Of a stretch of DNA of 64,000 nt, positions 38,816 through 48,394 are shown one piece after another. This DNA comes from Deferrisomatales bacterium. GTDB lineage: Bacteria > Desulfobacterota > Deferrisomatia > Deferrisomatales > JACRMM01. Each line of letters opens with the position of its first letter. Position 1 is the first letter of the stretch. The translations under genes were made by a program, and so were the position numbers. The DNA is taken from contig JAWSUI010000002.1 of assembly GCA_033551855.1 (NCBI GenBank), forward strand, positions 64,001 to 128,000. Reading direction: 5' to 3'. The notes beneath the pieces are model-generated. The model was not told the origin of the DNA. It did not search any database and saw only the letters and a program-made list of their open reading frames with translations.

Positions 38816-39790
38816 ATGCTTTGGCCCCGGCTCCTGATGCTCCCCCTCCTTCTCCTCCTGGCAGCTCCTGCCCCGACCCTCCCCCAGGAGGCCGGCTTTC
38901 AGGAGTGGCTGGAGGAACTGCGCCGGGAGGCCCTGGCCGCCGGGGTCGCGCCGGAGACCCTGGACGCAGCCTTGACCGGGGTCGAGCCCATTGCCCGCGT
39001 CATCGAGCTCGACCGCCGCCAGCCCGAGCTCACCTGGACCCTTGAGCAGTACCTGACCCGCATCGTCTCGGAGGAGCGGGTGGCCCGAGGTCGGGAGAAG
39101 CTCCAGGAGCACGGGGCACTCCTGGACGCGGTCGCGAAGAAGTACGGAGTGCAGGCCCGCTTCCTCACGGCCCTCTGGGGGATCGAGACCAACTACGGCC
39201 AGACCTCCGGGGGCTTCCAGGTGATCCCGGCCCTCGCCACCCTGGCCCACGACGGCCGCCGCAGCGCCTTCTTTCGCCGGGAGCTTCTCTTGGCGCTCCG
39301 CATCCTGGACCAGGGGCACGTGACCCCGGACCGCATGGTCGGGTCCTGGGCCGGCGCCATGGGGCAGATGCAGTTCATGCCCTCGACCTTCGTGAGCTAC
39401 GCCGTGGACGGGAGCGGGGACGGGAAGATCGACCTCTGGGGGAGCCGCGAAGACGCTTTCGCGTCGGCGGCCAACTATCTCTCCCGGATGGGCTGGGACG
39501 GGGCCCGGACCTGGGGCCGCCCCGTGCGGCTGCCCCCGGGTTTCGACGGGGCTCTCCTGGGGCTCGAGGTGCGAAAGCCACTGGAGGAGTGGCAGGCCCT
39601 CGGCGTGCGCCGGGGCGACGGCGGCGGCCTCCCCCGCGTGGCCGGTCTCCCGGCCTCGGTGATCCAGCCCGACGGGCCGGGAACTCCTGCCTACCTCGTC
39701 TACGACAACTTCCGGACCCTCATGCGGTGGAACCGCTCCCAGTTCTTCGGCATCGCCGTCGGTACCCTGGCGGACCGGATCGGGGGGTGA
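38816..39790 (+). CDS. Lytic murein transglycosylase (MltB/SltB family)
   Basis: LDRRQPE, WGIETNYG, LATLAHDGRR, GSWAGAMGQMQFMPST, NF..LMRWNRS. Confidence 0.93.
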   Translation: MLWPRLLMLPLLLLLAAPAPTLPQEAGFQEWLEELRREALAAGVAPETLDAALTGVEPIARVIELDRRQPELTWTLEQYLTRIVSEERVARGREKLQEHGALLDAVAKKYGVQARFLTALWGIETNYGQTSGGFQVIPALATLAHDGRRSAFFRRELLLALRILDQGHVTPDRMVGSWAGAMGQMQFMPSTFVSYAVDGSGDGKIDLWGSREDAFASAANYLSRMGWDGARTWGRPVRLPPGFDGALLGLEVRKPLEEWQALGVRRGDGGGLPRVAGLPASVIQPDGPGTPAYLVYDNFRTLMRWNRSQFFGIAVGTLADRIGG

Positions 39791-40701
39791 GGCGGCCTCA
39801 GGGAACACCGGCAACCGTGCTGCTCCTGTTCCTCGCGGGCCTCCTGGGCGGCCCGGCCGCGGCGGGGGACGAGGAGGAGGGGTTGCGCCGGGCGTGGGAT
39901 GGCCACCGGGAGCGCGCGGCCGTCGCGGGCCTGCCGGAGCGCCTGGAGATTCGGTCCCGGGAGGGACCCGCCGAGATCTGGGCCGAAGTGCTCGGGGTGC
40001 TGCCCTTTCCGTTCGAGGTCGTCGCCGCCGCCTTGGAAGCTACCGTCCAGTGGTGCGACTTCGTCCCGCTCCACTTCAACATCAAGGCGTGCGTCTACGG
40101 GCTGGACCCCGGTGAGCCCTTCCTGGTGCTCTACTCGGGACGCAAGGGCTACGGCACCGCCGAGGACGCACACCGCTTCGACTACGGGTTCGCCGCGCGC
40201 GTGGCCCCGGGCCCGTACCTGGGGGTCGAGCTGCGCTCGCCGGGGGGTCCCATGGGCACACGGGACTACCACCTTCGGGTGGAGGCCTTGCCCGTGGAGG
40301 GGGGCACCTTCGTCCGGTTTGGGAGCTCTTATGGGCCGAGTCGGACCAGCCGGGCCGCCACTGCCCTGTACCTGGGAACCCTGGGCCGGAGCAAAATGGG
40401 ATTCAGCCGGGAGGGGGAGCCGCCTGTCCCCGTGAGGGGCGTGCGGGGCATCGTGGAGCGGAACGGCGTGCGTTACTACCTGGCACTCCAGGCCTTCCTG
40501 CACACCCTGCACCTGGCGGGCGAGGAGCGGTTCGAGTCCGGGGTGCGCACCTGGTTCGATCTGGCGTCACAATACCCGGAGCTCCACGAGACGTCGTGGG
40601 AGACCTACCGGAGGACAAAACGCCGGGAGCGGGAGGGCCAGCTCGAGCTCCAGCGGGCCCTCGAGGCGGGAGGCCTCTCGGCCCTGCCCGGTGCCCGCTG
40701 A
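39787..40701 (+). CDS. Hypothetical exported protein
   Basis: GTGA overlap, signal peptide; WCDF.PLH.NIKAC, GPMGTRDY, YLGTLGRSKMGF, RGIVERN..RYYLA look like conserved motifs of an unnamed family. Confidence 0.75.
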   Translation: MRRPQGTPATVLLLFLAGLLGGPAAAGDEEEGLRRAWDGHRERAAVAGLPERLEIRSREGPAEIWAEVLGVLPFPFEVVAAALEATVQWCDFVPLHFNIKACVYGLDPGEPFLVLYSGRKGYGTAEDAHRFDYGFAARVAPGPYLGVELRSPGGPMGTRDYHLRVEALPVEGGTFVRFGSSYGPSRTSRAATALYLGTLGRSKMGFSREGEPPVPVRGVRGIVERNGVRYYLALQAFLHTLHLAGEERFESGVRTWFDLASQYPELHETSWETYRRTKRREREGQLELQRALEAGGLSALPGAR

Positions 40702-40798
40702 GCGCCACCGGGACACCGCCCGCGAGCCCCCCGCACTCCCAGCCCTCACCGGGCTTGCGTTCGTCTGCCCCCTATCCGAACCCGGCACTCGGCAGCTC

Positions 40799-40826
40799 TG
40801 GAGTCGACCCGGTTTGGCGGACACCG
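40799..40826 (+). repeat. Possible orphan IS3-family terminal inverted repeat
   Basis: TGGAGTCGACCCGGTTTGGCGGACAC has a TG start, ACCC, and GGACAC ending at position 26, as in IS3-group ends. Confidence 0.4.
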
Positions 40827-40895
40827 TATCTCTTTCGCGGGGAGGCACATCGGTGCGACGATGGCGGCTGCAATCCGCAGGAAGGTCTGAAAGAG

Positions 40896-41104
40896 GGTTC
40901 ATCCGGGAAATGACCGGGTACTCGTGTCCGGGGACGACCGGTTGGGCCCGGCCACGCAGGCGGACGGCCGCTCGACGGGAGCAGCCGTGTCGGGAGCGGC
41001 GATGCCGCAAGGATTCCGAAAGCGGCGCGGGAGCGCACCTACCGTACAGCCCGGCATCGTCTGCCGGAGGGGGCGGGCCCACCCGGTCGTTCACCGGAAG
41101 AACC
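40896..41104 (+). mobile_element. Non-autonomous MITE (209 bp) with ISL3-like ends and 8-bp target site duplication
   Basis: TIRs GGTTCATCCGGGAAATGACCGGGT and (reverse complement) GGTTCTTCCGGTGAACGACCGGGT match 20/24; TGAAAGAG is duplicated at 40888-40895 and 41105-41112. Confidence 0.85.
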
Positions 41105-41217
41105 TGAAAGAGGATGCTTGGGGCGCCGAACTGCGATCGGGGCCGCGACCCGTCCGCAATCGTCTCGGCGTGGAGACGGGGCTCCCTAGAGTCGCCCAGC
41201 CGGGAGGGAAGCCGAGG

Positions 41218-41838
41218 ATGACCGAGACCGCCGTTGCCCCGTGGCACGCCGAGGGGCTCCTGTTCGAGAACTGCAGCTGCACCCTGGTGTGCCCTGGCCA
41301 CGTCCACTTTTCCCAGGGATGCACCCTCGACCGCTGCGTGGGCTACTGGGCGGTGCGCTTCGACGCCGGGGAGATCGACGGGGTGGATCTCGCGGGGGCG
41401 AAGGCGGTGGTGGCGTTCGACTCGCCCCAACACATGATCGAGGGGGGCTGGACCCAGGTGCTGGTCCTCGACCCGGCGGGCGCGGAGGCCCAGCGGGCCC
41501 AGGTGGAGAGGATCCTGCGAGGGGAGGCGGGCGGTCCCTGGGCCGTTCTCGGCCGCTTCGTGGGCGAGCGGCGGCCGACGATCCTGGCGCCGATCGTCAT
41601 CGAGGACGAGGGTCGCGTCAAGAAGGTGCGGGTCGAGGGGCTCCTGGATGCCCGGGTCGAGGCCATCCGGGGCCGGGACAAGGGCCGTGAGGTCACCTTC
41701 GAGAACATGTTCAACCAGATCCACCCCCCCAGCCAGGTGCTGGCGCTGGGGTCCACCGTCTTCGACGACGGGGAGATCCGGATCGGCACCAAGGACTCCC
41801 ACGCCCTGTACTCCCACTTCACCTGGCGGGTGGGGTGA
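41218..41838 (+). CDS. DUF1326 domain protein
   Basis: W..EG..FENCSC.LVCP...C...C.GYW...G.IDGVDL.G...P..MIEG.W...Q...ERI..GEAGGP; paired with DUF2182. Confidence 0.85.
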   Translation: MTETAVAPWHAEGLLFENCSCTLVCPGHVHFSQGCTLDRCVGYWAVRFDAGEIDGVDLAGAKAVVAFDSPQHMIEGGWTQVLVLDPAGAEAQRAQVERILRGEAGGPWAVLGRFVGERRPTILAPIVIEDEGRVKKVRVEGLLDARVEAIRGRDKGREVTFENMFNQIHPPSQVLALGSTVFDDGEIRIGTKDSHALYSHFTWRVG

Positions 41839-42659
41839 ACCCGGAGCGGCGTCCCCGGCCGCCCCTCACGGCCGGGGCGCTGGGCCGCCAGCAGAAGGCG
41901 GCGATCCTCCTGGCCAGCGGGCTCCTGGTGACGGCCCTCTATGCCTATCTTGCGGCCGCGCACCCGGGGGAGACCCTGCTGGGTCGGGCCGCGGCCGCGG
42001 GGCCGCAGGCCGGTCTCGGCCACCTGGGGCACGGGGCCCTGGGGCACGGCCCCGGGGCCTCGCTGCCGGCGGCGTCCGCCATGTGGATGGCCATGATGGT
42101 GGCCATGATGCTTCCCCCGGTGCTCCCCTGGATCTGGTTCTTCGCGGCCGCCACGCGCCCGACGGCCCCCGGCCGGCGCCTGTGGGGGCGCACCGTGGTC
42201 TTCGCGTCCGGCTACTTTGCCCTGTGGGCGCTCTACAGCGTCTCCGCCGCAGGGGCACAGACGGGGCTGGCGGCCCGGGCCCTCCTCCACCCCACGGCGC
42301 TCAAGGTCGCTCCGGCGGCCGGGGGGGTGCTCCTCCTTCTCGCGGGGGCGATCCAGTTCTCCCCCCTCAAGAGCGCGTGCCTCAAACACTGCCGCTCCCC
42401 CGTGGGCTACTTCCTGACCCGGTGGCGGGACGGCCCTCGGGGCGCCTTCTCCATGGGGTTTCGCCACGGGCTCTACTGCCTGGGGTGCTGCTGGGCGCTC
42501 ATGGCCCTGGCCTTCGCGCTGGGCACCATGAACCTCGTGTGGATGGCGGCCGTCAGCCTGCTCCTGTGCGTGGAGAAGATCGCCCCGGGGGGGGAGCGAT
42601 GGAGCAAGGTCTTCGGCGTGGGCCTCCTCGCCTGGGGCGCGGCCCTGCTCCTCGGGTAG
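41835..42659 (+). CDS. DUF2182 predicted metal-binding membrane protein
   Basis: MWMAMMVAMMLP, GY..W, QFSPLKSACL.HCRSP, G.YCLGCCWALM, MNLVWM, EK. Confidence 0.9.
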   Translation: MNPERRPRPPLTAGALGRQQKAAILLASGLLVTALYAYLAAAHPGETLLGRAAAAGPQAGLGHLGHGALGHGPGASLPAASAMWMAMMVAMMLPPVLPWIWFFAAATRPTAPGRRLWGRTVVFASGYFALWALYSVSAAGAQTGLAARALLHPTALKVAPAAGGVLLLLAGAIQFSPLKSACLKHCRSPVGYFLTRWRDGPRGAFSMGFRHGLYCLGCCWALMALAFALGTMNLVWMAAVSLLLCVEKIAPGGERWSKVFGVGLLAWGAALLLG

Positions 42660-42672
42660 CGGGGGACTCTCG

Positions 42673-42887
42673 GGCTCATCCGGGAAACGGCAGGGTGTGG
42701 TTGAGGCCGCCCGCTCCGGCGGCCCATGCCGCACGGCCCGACCCGTGCAAACCCTCCGGCCTCCCGGTCTGCCGGATGGAGTCGCGGGTCCCAGAGCGAA
42801 CCCGTCATCGAACGGCCGTCTTCCTGCGCGGCCGGACGCACCCGACCGTTCCTGGGAACGAGGCCGCCGTCATCCCACGCAAGGGAC
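42673..42887 (-). mobile_element. Degenerate full-length copy of the ISL3-like MITE
   Basis: Starts ggctcatccgggaaacggcagggtg (TIR-like); internal gcccgctccggcggcccatgccg and tcgaacggccgtcttcctgcgcggccgg match the 30003 and 40896 copies. Confidence 0.65.
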
Positions 42888-42931
42888 TTTTCTTGCCGGC
42901 AGGCCCGGGCCGGGCCTACCCCGAGCCGCGG

Positions 42932-44026
42932 CTACCTCCCGGCGGGGAAGAGGTCCGCGTAGCGTCCGTGCCCCTCCCCCTCCAGGTCCACGGCCGGGAC
43001 GAACCGCAGCGCCGCGGAGTTGATGCAGTAGCGCCTGCCGGTCGGGGGCGGGCCGTCGGGGAAGACGTGACCCAGGTGGGAGTCGGCCCCCCGGCTTCGC
43101 ACCTCGACCCGGGTCACGAAGAAGCTCCGGTCCTCGAGCTCCACCACGTTCCCGGGCTCCAGGGCGCGGGTGAAGCTCGGCCACCCCGTGCCGGAGTCGT
43201 ACTTGTCCAGGGAGCTGAACAGCGGCTCGCCGGAGACGACATCGACGTAGATCCCGGCCTGCTCGTGATTCCAGTAGGCGTTGTCGAAGGGGGGCTCGGT
43301 CCCGTCCTCCTGGGTGACCCGATACTGGAGGGGCGTCAGGCGGCGGCGCAGCTCCTCGGCGGGGGGCTTCGCGGCGCCGCGGGCTTCCTGCGGGGGCGCG
43401 CCTGCGGGCGGCGCCGCGGCTCCCTCTCCCCACACCTTCCCGAGGAACTGGTCCCGGCCCGAGCTCCAGCGGTAGTACAGGTACCTGAGGGAGTGGGTCC
43501 TGTGGTAGTCCTGATGATACTCCTCGGCCCGGTAGAATGCGGTCAGGGGCACGATCTCGGTGACGATGGGCCTTGCGAACCGCCCGGAACGGGCCAGAGC
43601 GTCACGGGACTCCTCCGCCAAGCGCTTCTGCTCGTCGTCGGCGTAGAAGATGGCCGTGCGGTACTGGGGACCCCGGTCCACGAACTGTCCTCCCGGGTCC
43701 GTCGGGTCCACGTGCCGCCAGAAGACGTCGAGCAACTCGCGGTAGGACACGCGGCCTGGGTCGTAGGTCACCTGCACCACCTCCAGATGGCCGGTGTCGC
43801 CCCCGATCACCTGCTCGTAGGTGGGGTTGGGCACGTGCCCGCCCGCGTAACCCGAAACCACCTCGAGCACGCCCGTGACCTTCTCGAAGTCGGCTTCCGT
43901 GCACCAGAAACAGCCGCCGGCAAAGGTGGCGGTGGCGGGGCCGTCGCCCTCGGCGGAGGAGCCCGCGGGGCCGGCGCCCCACGCGGCGGCGAACAGCACT
44001 GCAGCAAGAGCGATGTGAAACGTCAT
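42932..44026 (-). CDS. msrAB: Exported bifunctional methionine sulfoxide reductase MsrA-MsrB
   Basis: Signal peptide; [14 protein letters not shown]; Msr[30 protein letters not shown]. Confidence 0.95.
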   Translation of the reverse strand: MTFHIALAAVLFAAAWGAGPAGSSAEGDGPATATFAGGCFWCTEADFEKVTGVLEVVSGYAGGHVPNPTYEQVIGGDTGHLEVVQVTYDPGRVSYRELLDVFWRHVDPTDPGGQFVDRGPQYRTAIFYADDEQKRLAEESRDALARSGRFARPIVTEIVPLTAFYRAEEYHQDYHRTHSLRYLYYRWSSGRDQFLGKVWGEGAAAPPAGAPPQEARGAAKPPAEELRRRLTPLQYRVTQEDGTEPPFDNAYWNHEQAGIYVDVVSGEPLFSSLDKYDSGTGWPSFTRALEPGNVVELEDRSFFVTRVEVRSRGADSHLGHVFPDGPPPTGRRYCINSAALRFVPAVDLEGEGHGRYADLFPAGR

Positions 44027-44199
44027 GGGGTACACCTCCGCGGGCGGTCTGCGGGGGAGCCCGGCTGCCTCCCCTCCCTCGCCCTTCGCCACACAGCATA
44101 ACCACTGCCGCCTGCGCCGGCTCCCGAGAAGGGGGCAAGGGTGTGGGGAGGTCGGGGCGGGGGAGAGGGGGGTGAGGCGGTCGGGCTTGGAGGCGGGTT

Positions 44200-45435
44200 C
44201 TAGACGGGGCGCACGGCGCAGTATTTCTTCTTGCCGGCCCGCAGGAGCACCGCCCCGTCCCGGAGGTCGGCCGTGGTGATCCGCCGGTCCAGAGCGGTCA
44301 ACGGTTCGCTGTTCACGTAGGCGCCGCCCTGCTGGATCAAGCGCCTAGCCTCACCGCGGCTCTTGGCGAGACCGACCTCCGCGAAGAGCACGAACGCCTC
44401 GACCCCGGCCTCCAGCGCTGCAAGGGGCACCTCGTGAGAGGGGACTTGGGCCAGGTCGCCGCCCCCTGCGAAGAGGGCCCTGCTGGCGGCGCGGGCCTTC
44501 GCGGCCTCCTCCTCCCCGTGGATGATCGCCGTCACTTCGTAGGCCAGTACCTCCTTGGCGGCGCGGAGCTCGGCGCCCCCCAGGGACGCGAGGCGCCGCA
44601 CCTCCCCCATGGGGAGGAAGGTGAAGAGCCCGAGGAAGCGCCCCACGTCCGGGTCCTCGGTGTTGATCCAGTACTGGTAGAAGTCGTACGGGCTCGTGCG
44701 GTCCGCCGCGAGCCACACCGCCCCTTGGGCGGTCTTGCCCATCTTCGCCCCCGAAGACGTGGTGATGAGCGGAAAGGTGAGGGCGTGGGCGGTCTTGCCC
44801 TCGACGCGCCGGATCAGGTCCACCCCGGCCAGGATGTTCCCCCACTGGTCGTTGCCCCCCATCTGGAGCGCGCAGCCGTGCGTCTGGTGGAGGACCAGAA
44901 AATCGTAGGCCTGGAGCAGCATGTAGTTGAATTCGATGAAGTTCAGGCCGGTCTCGAGGCGCTGTCTGTAGGACTCGGCCGCGAGCATCCGGTTGACGGA
45001 AAAGTGGATGCCGATGTCCCGGAGAAACTCGATGTAGTTGAGCGGGACGAGCCAGTCGGCGTTGTTGAGGAGCAGGGCGCCTGTCTCGAAGTCGAGGACC
45101 CGTGCGAGCTGCGCTCGGATGCCCAAGCCGTTCTGCTCGATCTCCTCACGGGTGAGCATCTTGCGCAATTCGGTCCTCCCCGAGGGGTCGCCGATCAGGG
45201 TGGTGCCGCCTCCCAGGAGCGCGATGGGGCGGTGCCCGGCCCGTTGCATGTGCGCCAGCCCCATCACCGGCAGGAGATGCCCGACGTGGAGGCTCGAGGC
45301 GGTGGGGTCGAAACCGACATAGCAGGTCAGCGGCGCGACGGACGGCCTGCCGAGGGCCTCCCGCAGCTCCCCCTCGTCGGTGGACTGCTCCAGGAAACCG
45401 CGCTCCCGGAGGGTGTCGAAGACGTGTTGGGCCAT
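44200..45435 (-). CDS. tyrS: Tyrosine--tRNA ligase
   Basis: [38 protein letters not shown]4 domain, RAGKK. Confidence 0.97.
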   Translation of the reverse strand: MAQHVFDTLRERGFLEQSTDEGELREALGRPSVAPLTCYVGFDPTASSLHVGHLLPVMGLAHMQRAGHRPIALLGGGTTLIGDPSGRTELRKMLTREEIEQNGLGIRAQLARVLDFETGALLLNNADWLVPLNYIEFLRDIGIHFSVNRMLAAESYRQRLETGLNFIEFNYMLLQAYDFLVLHQTHGCALQMGGNDQWGNILAGVDLIRRVEGKTAHALTFPLITTSSGAKMGKTAQGAVWLAADRTSPYDFYQYWINTEDPDVGRFLGLFTFLPMGEVRRLASLGGAELRAAKEVLAYEVTAIIHGEEEAAKARAASRALFAGGGDLAQVPSHEVPLAALEAGVEAFVLFAEVGLAKSRGEARRLIQQGGAYVNSEPLTALDRRITTADLRDGAVLLRAGKKKYCAVRPV

Positions 45436-45466
45436 GGGCTCGCTCCTTCGGATCTGGGGACGGCGA

Positions 45467-45545
45467 ATCATAGCAACGGCCCTAGGGGCGGTCAACGGCG
45501 GGTCCATGCAGGGCGGTTGGACGGGGCCGGAGAGCGTGCTATATA
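45467..45545. promoter_or_regulatory. Divergent sigma70 promoters (tyrS / primase-mqn operon)
   Basis: Minus strand: TTGACC 45495-45490, 17 bp, TGc-TATGAT 45472-45467. Plus strand: TTGGAC 45517-45522, 17 bp, TGc-TATATA 45540-45545. Confidence 0.65.
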
Positions 45546-45594
45546 GCAGGAGTGCCCCGCCTGCTCGGGCGGGTGCGGCCGAGCCGGGTGCGCC

Positions 45595-46752
45595 ATGGAC
45601 CGACCCCTGGAGCCGGGGCCCACGCGGGCCGAGGTGCTGCGCACTTACTGCCTCGTCGACTTCGCGGCGCGCCGGCAGCCGGGGTTTCGCAACCACCTGG
45701 TGCCCGTGGGCCGGATCGCCGAGCTGACAGGGCGCTACGGGGCCTACGGGTGCTACGCCACCTTCTATCTGTACGACGAGGCCGTCCGTGCCCACGCCCG
45801 CTCCCGGGGCACACAGGGCCGGCCGTCGGTGGCGGGGTACGGGGGTCCGGTGTACGCCCCGGTGTGGCCCCTGGACATCGATGCGCCCGACCTGGAAGTG
45901 GCCCTGGAGGCGGCGCGGGCCGTAGAGGCCCATCTGGAAGGGGCCTGGGGGCTTCCCCCGGAGGCGATGCGGCTCTACTTCAGCGGGAAGAAGGGGTTTC
46001 ACGTGACAGTCGACACGCGGCTCTTCCGCGCGCCGACCCCTTCCCGAGCGGCACCGGAGCTTCTGCACCGGCTCACCCGCCGCTTGGCCCGGGAGCTCGG
46101 CGTCCCGGGGTCGGGCTCCCTGGATCTCTCCCTTCGGGACCGGGTGCGGCTGCTGCGTCTGCCCAATACCCGCCACGAGGAGAGCGGGCTCTTCAAGACC
46201 CCTCTGGCGCCGGACGAGCTGCGCTCCCTGGGAGTGGATGGGATTCGGCGGCTGGCGCGCACGCCTCGGCCCCTCTGGCGGGTGGACCCTTCGGGGCTCC
46301 TCTTCGGGGGCTCGGCCGTCGTGCTGCCCCGGGCGCGGGCCGTCCTGGAGGAGGTGGCTGCGGAGAGCGGCCCTTCGCCCCCGCCGCCAGCGAAATGCCT
46401 GGGCGGCGGCGCCCGCGACGAGGTGCTGGCGTGCCCTGCCCGGCGCGCTCTCCTGGAGGCGCCGGCCCCGGCGGGGCAGCGCAACAACACGGCCATTCGC
46501 CTGGCCTCCTGGCTCCGGGAGGGGGGGTGGGGGGAGGAAACCGTGGCCGCGCGCATGGACGAGTGGAACCGGGCCAACCCCGCACCGCTAGGGGAGGACG
46601 AGGTGCGCCACGTCGTCCGCTCGGCCTTCGCCGGCCGGCAGCCGTACCGTTACGGCTGCCGGGACGCCCTGATCGAGCCCCACTGTCCCCGCGACGTCCG
46701 GGAGCGGGGGCGCTGTCCCTATCATCAGGGGCAGGAAAGGAGCAGCCCGTGA
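45595..46752 (+). CDS. Archaeo-eukaryotic primase (AEP) superfamily primase-polymerase with PriCT-1-like domain and Cys-rich C-terminus
   Basis: Motif I LDID, motif II YFSGKKGFH, motif III LD, RLLRLPNTRH; PriCT GQRNNTAIRLASWL...WN..N..PL.EDEV...VRSA; YGC-x8-C-x9-C. Confidence 0.85.
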   Translation: MDRPLEPGPTRAEVLRTYCLVDFAARRQPGFRNHLVPVGRIAELTGRYGAYGCYATFYLYDEAVRAHARSRGTQGRPSVAGYGGPVYAPVWPLDIDAPDLEVALEAARAVEAHLEGAWGLPPEAMRLYFSGKKGFHVTVDTRLFRAPTPSRAAPELLHRLTRRLARELGVPGSGSLDLSLRDRVRLLRLPNTRHEESGLFKTPLAPDELRSLGVDGIRRLARTPRPLWRVDPSGLLFGGSAVVLPRARAVLEEVAAESGPSPPPPAKCLGGGARDEVLACPARRALLEAPAPAGQRNNTAIRLASWLREGGWGEETVAARMDEWNRANPAPLGEDEVRHVVRSAFAGRQPYRYGCRDALIEPHCPRDVRERGRCPYHQGQERSSP

Positions 46753-47513
46753 GGCAGGCGCTGGATGTGCTCTGCGTTGGTGCCACCCACGCGGAGGTTC
46801 GGGCGCTGGAAGCGGAGCTCGCGAGGTCCCAGGCGTGCCGGGCGGCGGGGCGGCCCTGCCGCTGGGGGCGGATCGGGGAGTTGCGCGTCGGGGTCCTGGT
46901 CACCGGGGTGGGGAAGGCCAATGCGGCCCTCACCCTTGGAGAGGCCCTGGGGTCGGTTCGCCCTGCTCTGGTGCTCGCTGTGGGGGTAGGGGGAGCCTAC
47001 CCGTCTTCGGGACTGGGGGTCGGCGAGGTGGCCGCCGCTACCGAGGAGATCTACGGGGACGAAGGGGTCGAGACCGCCGAGGGTTTTCTGGGGATGGAGG
47101 AGCTCGCTCTGCCCCTCTGGGAGGACGCCGAGACGCGCCGCTTCAACCGTTTCCCCGCCGATGCGCGGGTCGTGACGGCCCTTCGCGGCGCCGGCGCCGG
47201 CGGCGTGCCCCTCCGGACCGGCCCTTTCGTGACCCTGTCCACGGTGACCGGCACCCAGACCCGGGCCCAGGAGCTGCAGCGCAGGTTCGGGGGGGTGTGC
47301 GAGACCATGGAGGGCGCGGCCTTCGCCCACGCTGCCGCGGTGCATCGCCTCGCCTTTGGGGAGGTCCGGGGCGTCTCCAACCCGGTGGGGCCCCGGGAGC
47401 GGGACGCCTGGCAGGTGGAGGCCGCGGCGGCCGCGGCGCAAGACGTGGTGTTGCGGTTCCTGGCCCAGTGGTGCCCGGAGGCCGCGGAGAGACGGCCGGG
47501 CGCTGAGGATTGA
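46749..47513 (+). CDS. mqnB: Futalosine hydrolase
   Basis: TGVGKANAA, GVGGAY, EIYGDEG, TLSTVTGT, ETMEGAA, EVRGVSNPVGPR..W; directly upstream of mqnD. Confidence 0.9.
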   Translation: MRQALDVLCVGATHAEVRALEAELARSQACRAAGRPCRWGRIGELRVGVLVTGVGKANAALTLGEALGSVRPALVLAVGVGGAYPSSGLGVGEVAAATEEIYGDEGVETAEGFLGMEELALPLWEDAETRRFNRFPADARVVTALRGAGAGGVPLRTGPFVTLSTVTGTQTRAQELQRRFGGVCETMEGAAFAHAAAVHRLAFGEVRGVSNPVGPRERDAWQVEAAAAAAQDVVLRFLAQWCPEAAERRPGAED

Positions 47514-47551
47514 CGCCCCGGTGCGAGGGCGCGGGCCGGGAAGGAGCGAGC

Positions 47552-48394
47552 GTGGGACGCACCATCGGGGTGGGCTACTCCCCCTGCCCCAATGACACCT
47601 TTCTCTTCCATGCGCTGGTGCACGGGCTGGTCGACACCGAGGGGTACCGTTTCGAGCCGGTGCTCGAGGACGTGGAGACGCTGAACCGTTGGGCGCTGGA
47701 GGCGAGGCTCCCCCTGACGAAGGCGAGCTTCGGGGTGCTCGGACAAGTCCGGCGCCGCTACTGGTGCCTTCGGTCCGGCGGGGCCCTGGGGTGGGGGTGC
47801 GGGCCCCTGCTGGTGGCCCGGGAGGCCAGGCCGCTGGAGGAGCTCGTGCGGACGCCGGTCCTCGTGCCGGGGCTCCACACGACGGCCAACCTGCTCCTGA
47901 CCCTGCGGGCCGGACGGGCCGTGGAACGCCTGCCCCGGGTGTTCCACGAGGTGATGCCGGCCGTAGCCCGCGGGGAGGCTGCTTCCGGGGTGATCATCCA
48001 CGAGGGGCGCTTCACCTATCACCGGCACGGGCTCGTCGCGGTGGAGGACCTGGGGGCTTGGTGGGAGCGCGAGACCGGGCTCCCCATCCCCCTGGGAGGG
48101 ATCCTGCTCCGACGGGGGGAGGCGGGGGTGGACCCCGCGGTCGTGCAGCGGGCGGTGCGGCGCAGCGTGGAGCACGCCCTGGCGCACCCCGACGCACCCA
48201 TGCCGTACGTGCGCAGTCACGCCCAGGAGTTGGAGGACGGGGTCATCCGGGACCACATCCGTCTCTACGTGAACGACTTTTCCCGGGACCTGGGGGAGCG
48301 GGGAATCCGGGCCGTGGAAGAGCTCCTGCAGGCGGCGGCCCCCGGGGACGGGGGGGAGGCGCCGGAGACCCTGTTTCCCCCCGCGGACCCGTGA
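47552..48394 (+). CDS. mqnD: 1,4-dihydroxy-6-naphthoate synthase
   Basis: GYSPCPNDTF, DVETLN, GGALG.GCGP, IIHEGRFTY, WWERETGLPIPLG, HIRLYVNDFS. Confidence 0.95.
   Translation: MGRTIGVGYSPCPNDTFLFHALVHGLVDTEGYRFEPVLEDVETLNRWALEARLPLTKASFGVLGQVRRRYWCLRSGGALGWGCGPLLVAREARPLEELVRTPVLVPGLHTTANLLLTLRAGRAVERLPRVFHEVMPAVARGEAASGVIIHEGRFTYHRHGLVAVEDLGAWWERETGLPIPLGGILLRRGEAGVDPAVVQRAVRRSVEHALAHPDAPMPYVRSHAQELEDGVIRDHIRLYVNDFSRDLGERGIRAVEELLQAAAPGDGGEAPETLFPPADP

Noticed and set aside
42932..44026. Possible selenocysteine in MsrA/MsrB or other Cys-motif proteins
   Set aside because: Catalytic positions are ordinary Cys codons; I saw no in-frame TGA at a conserved Cys position.
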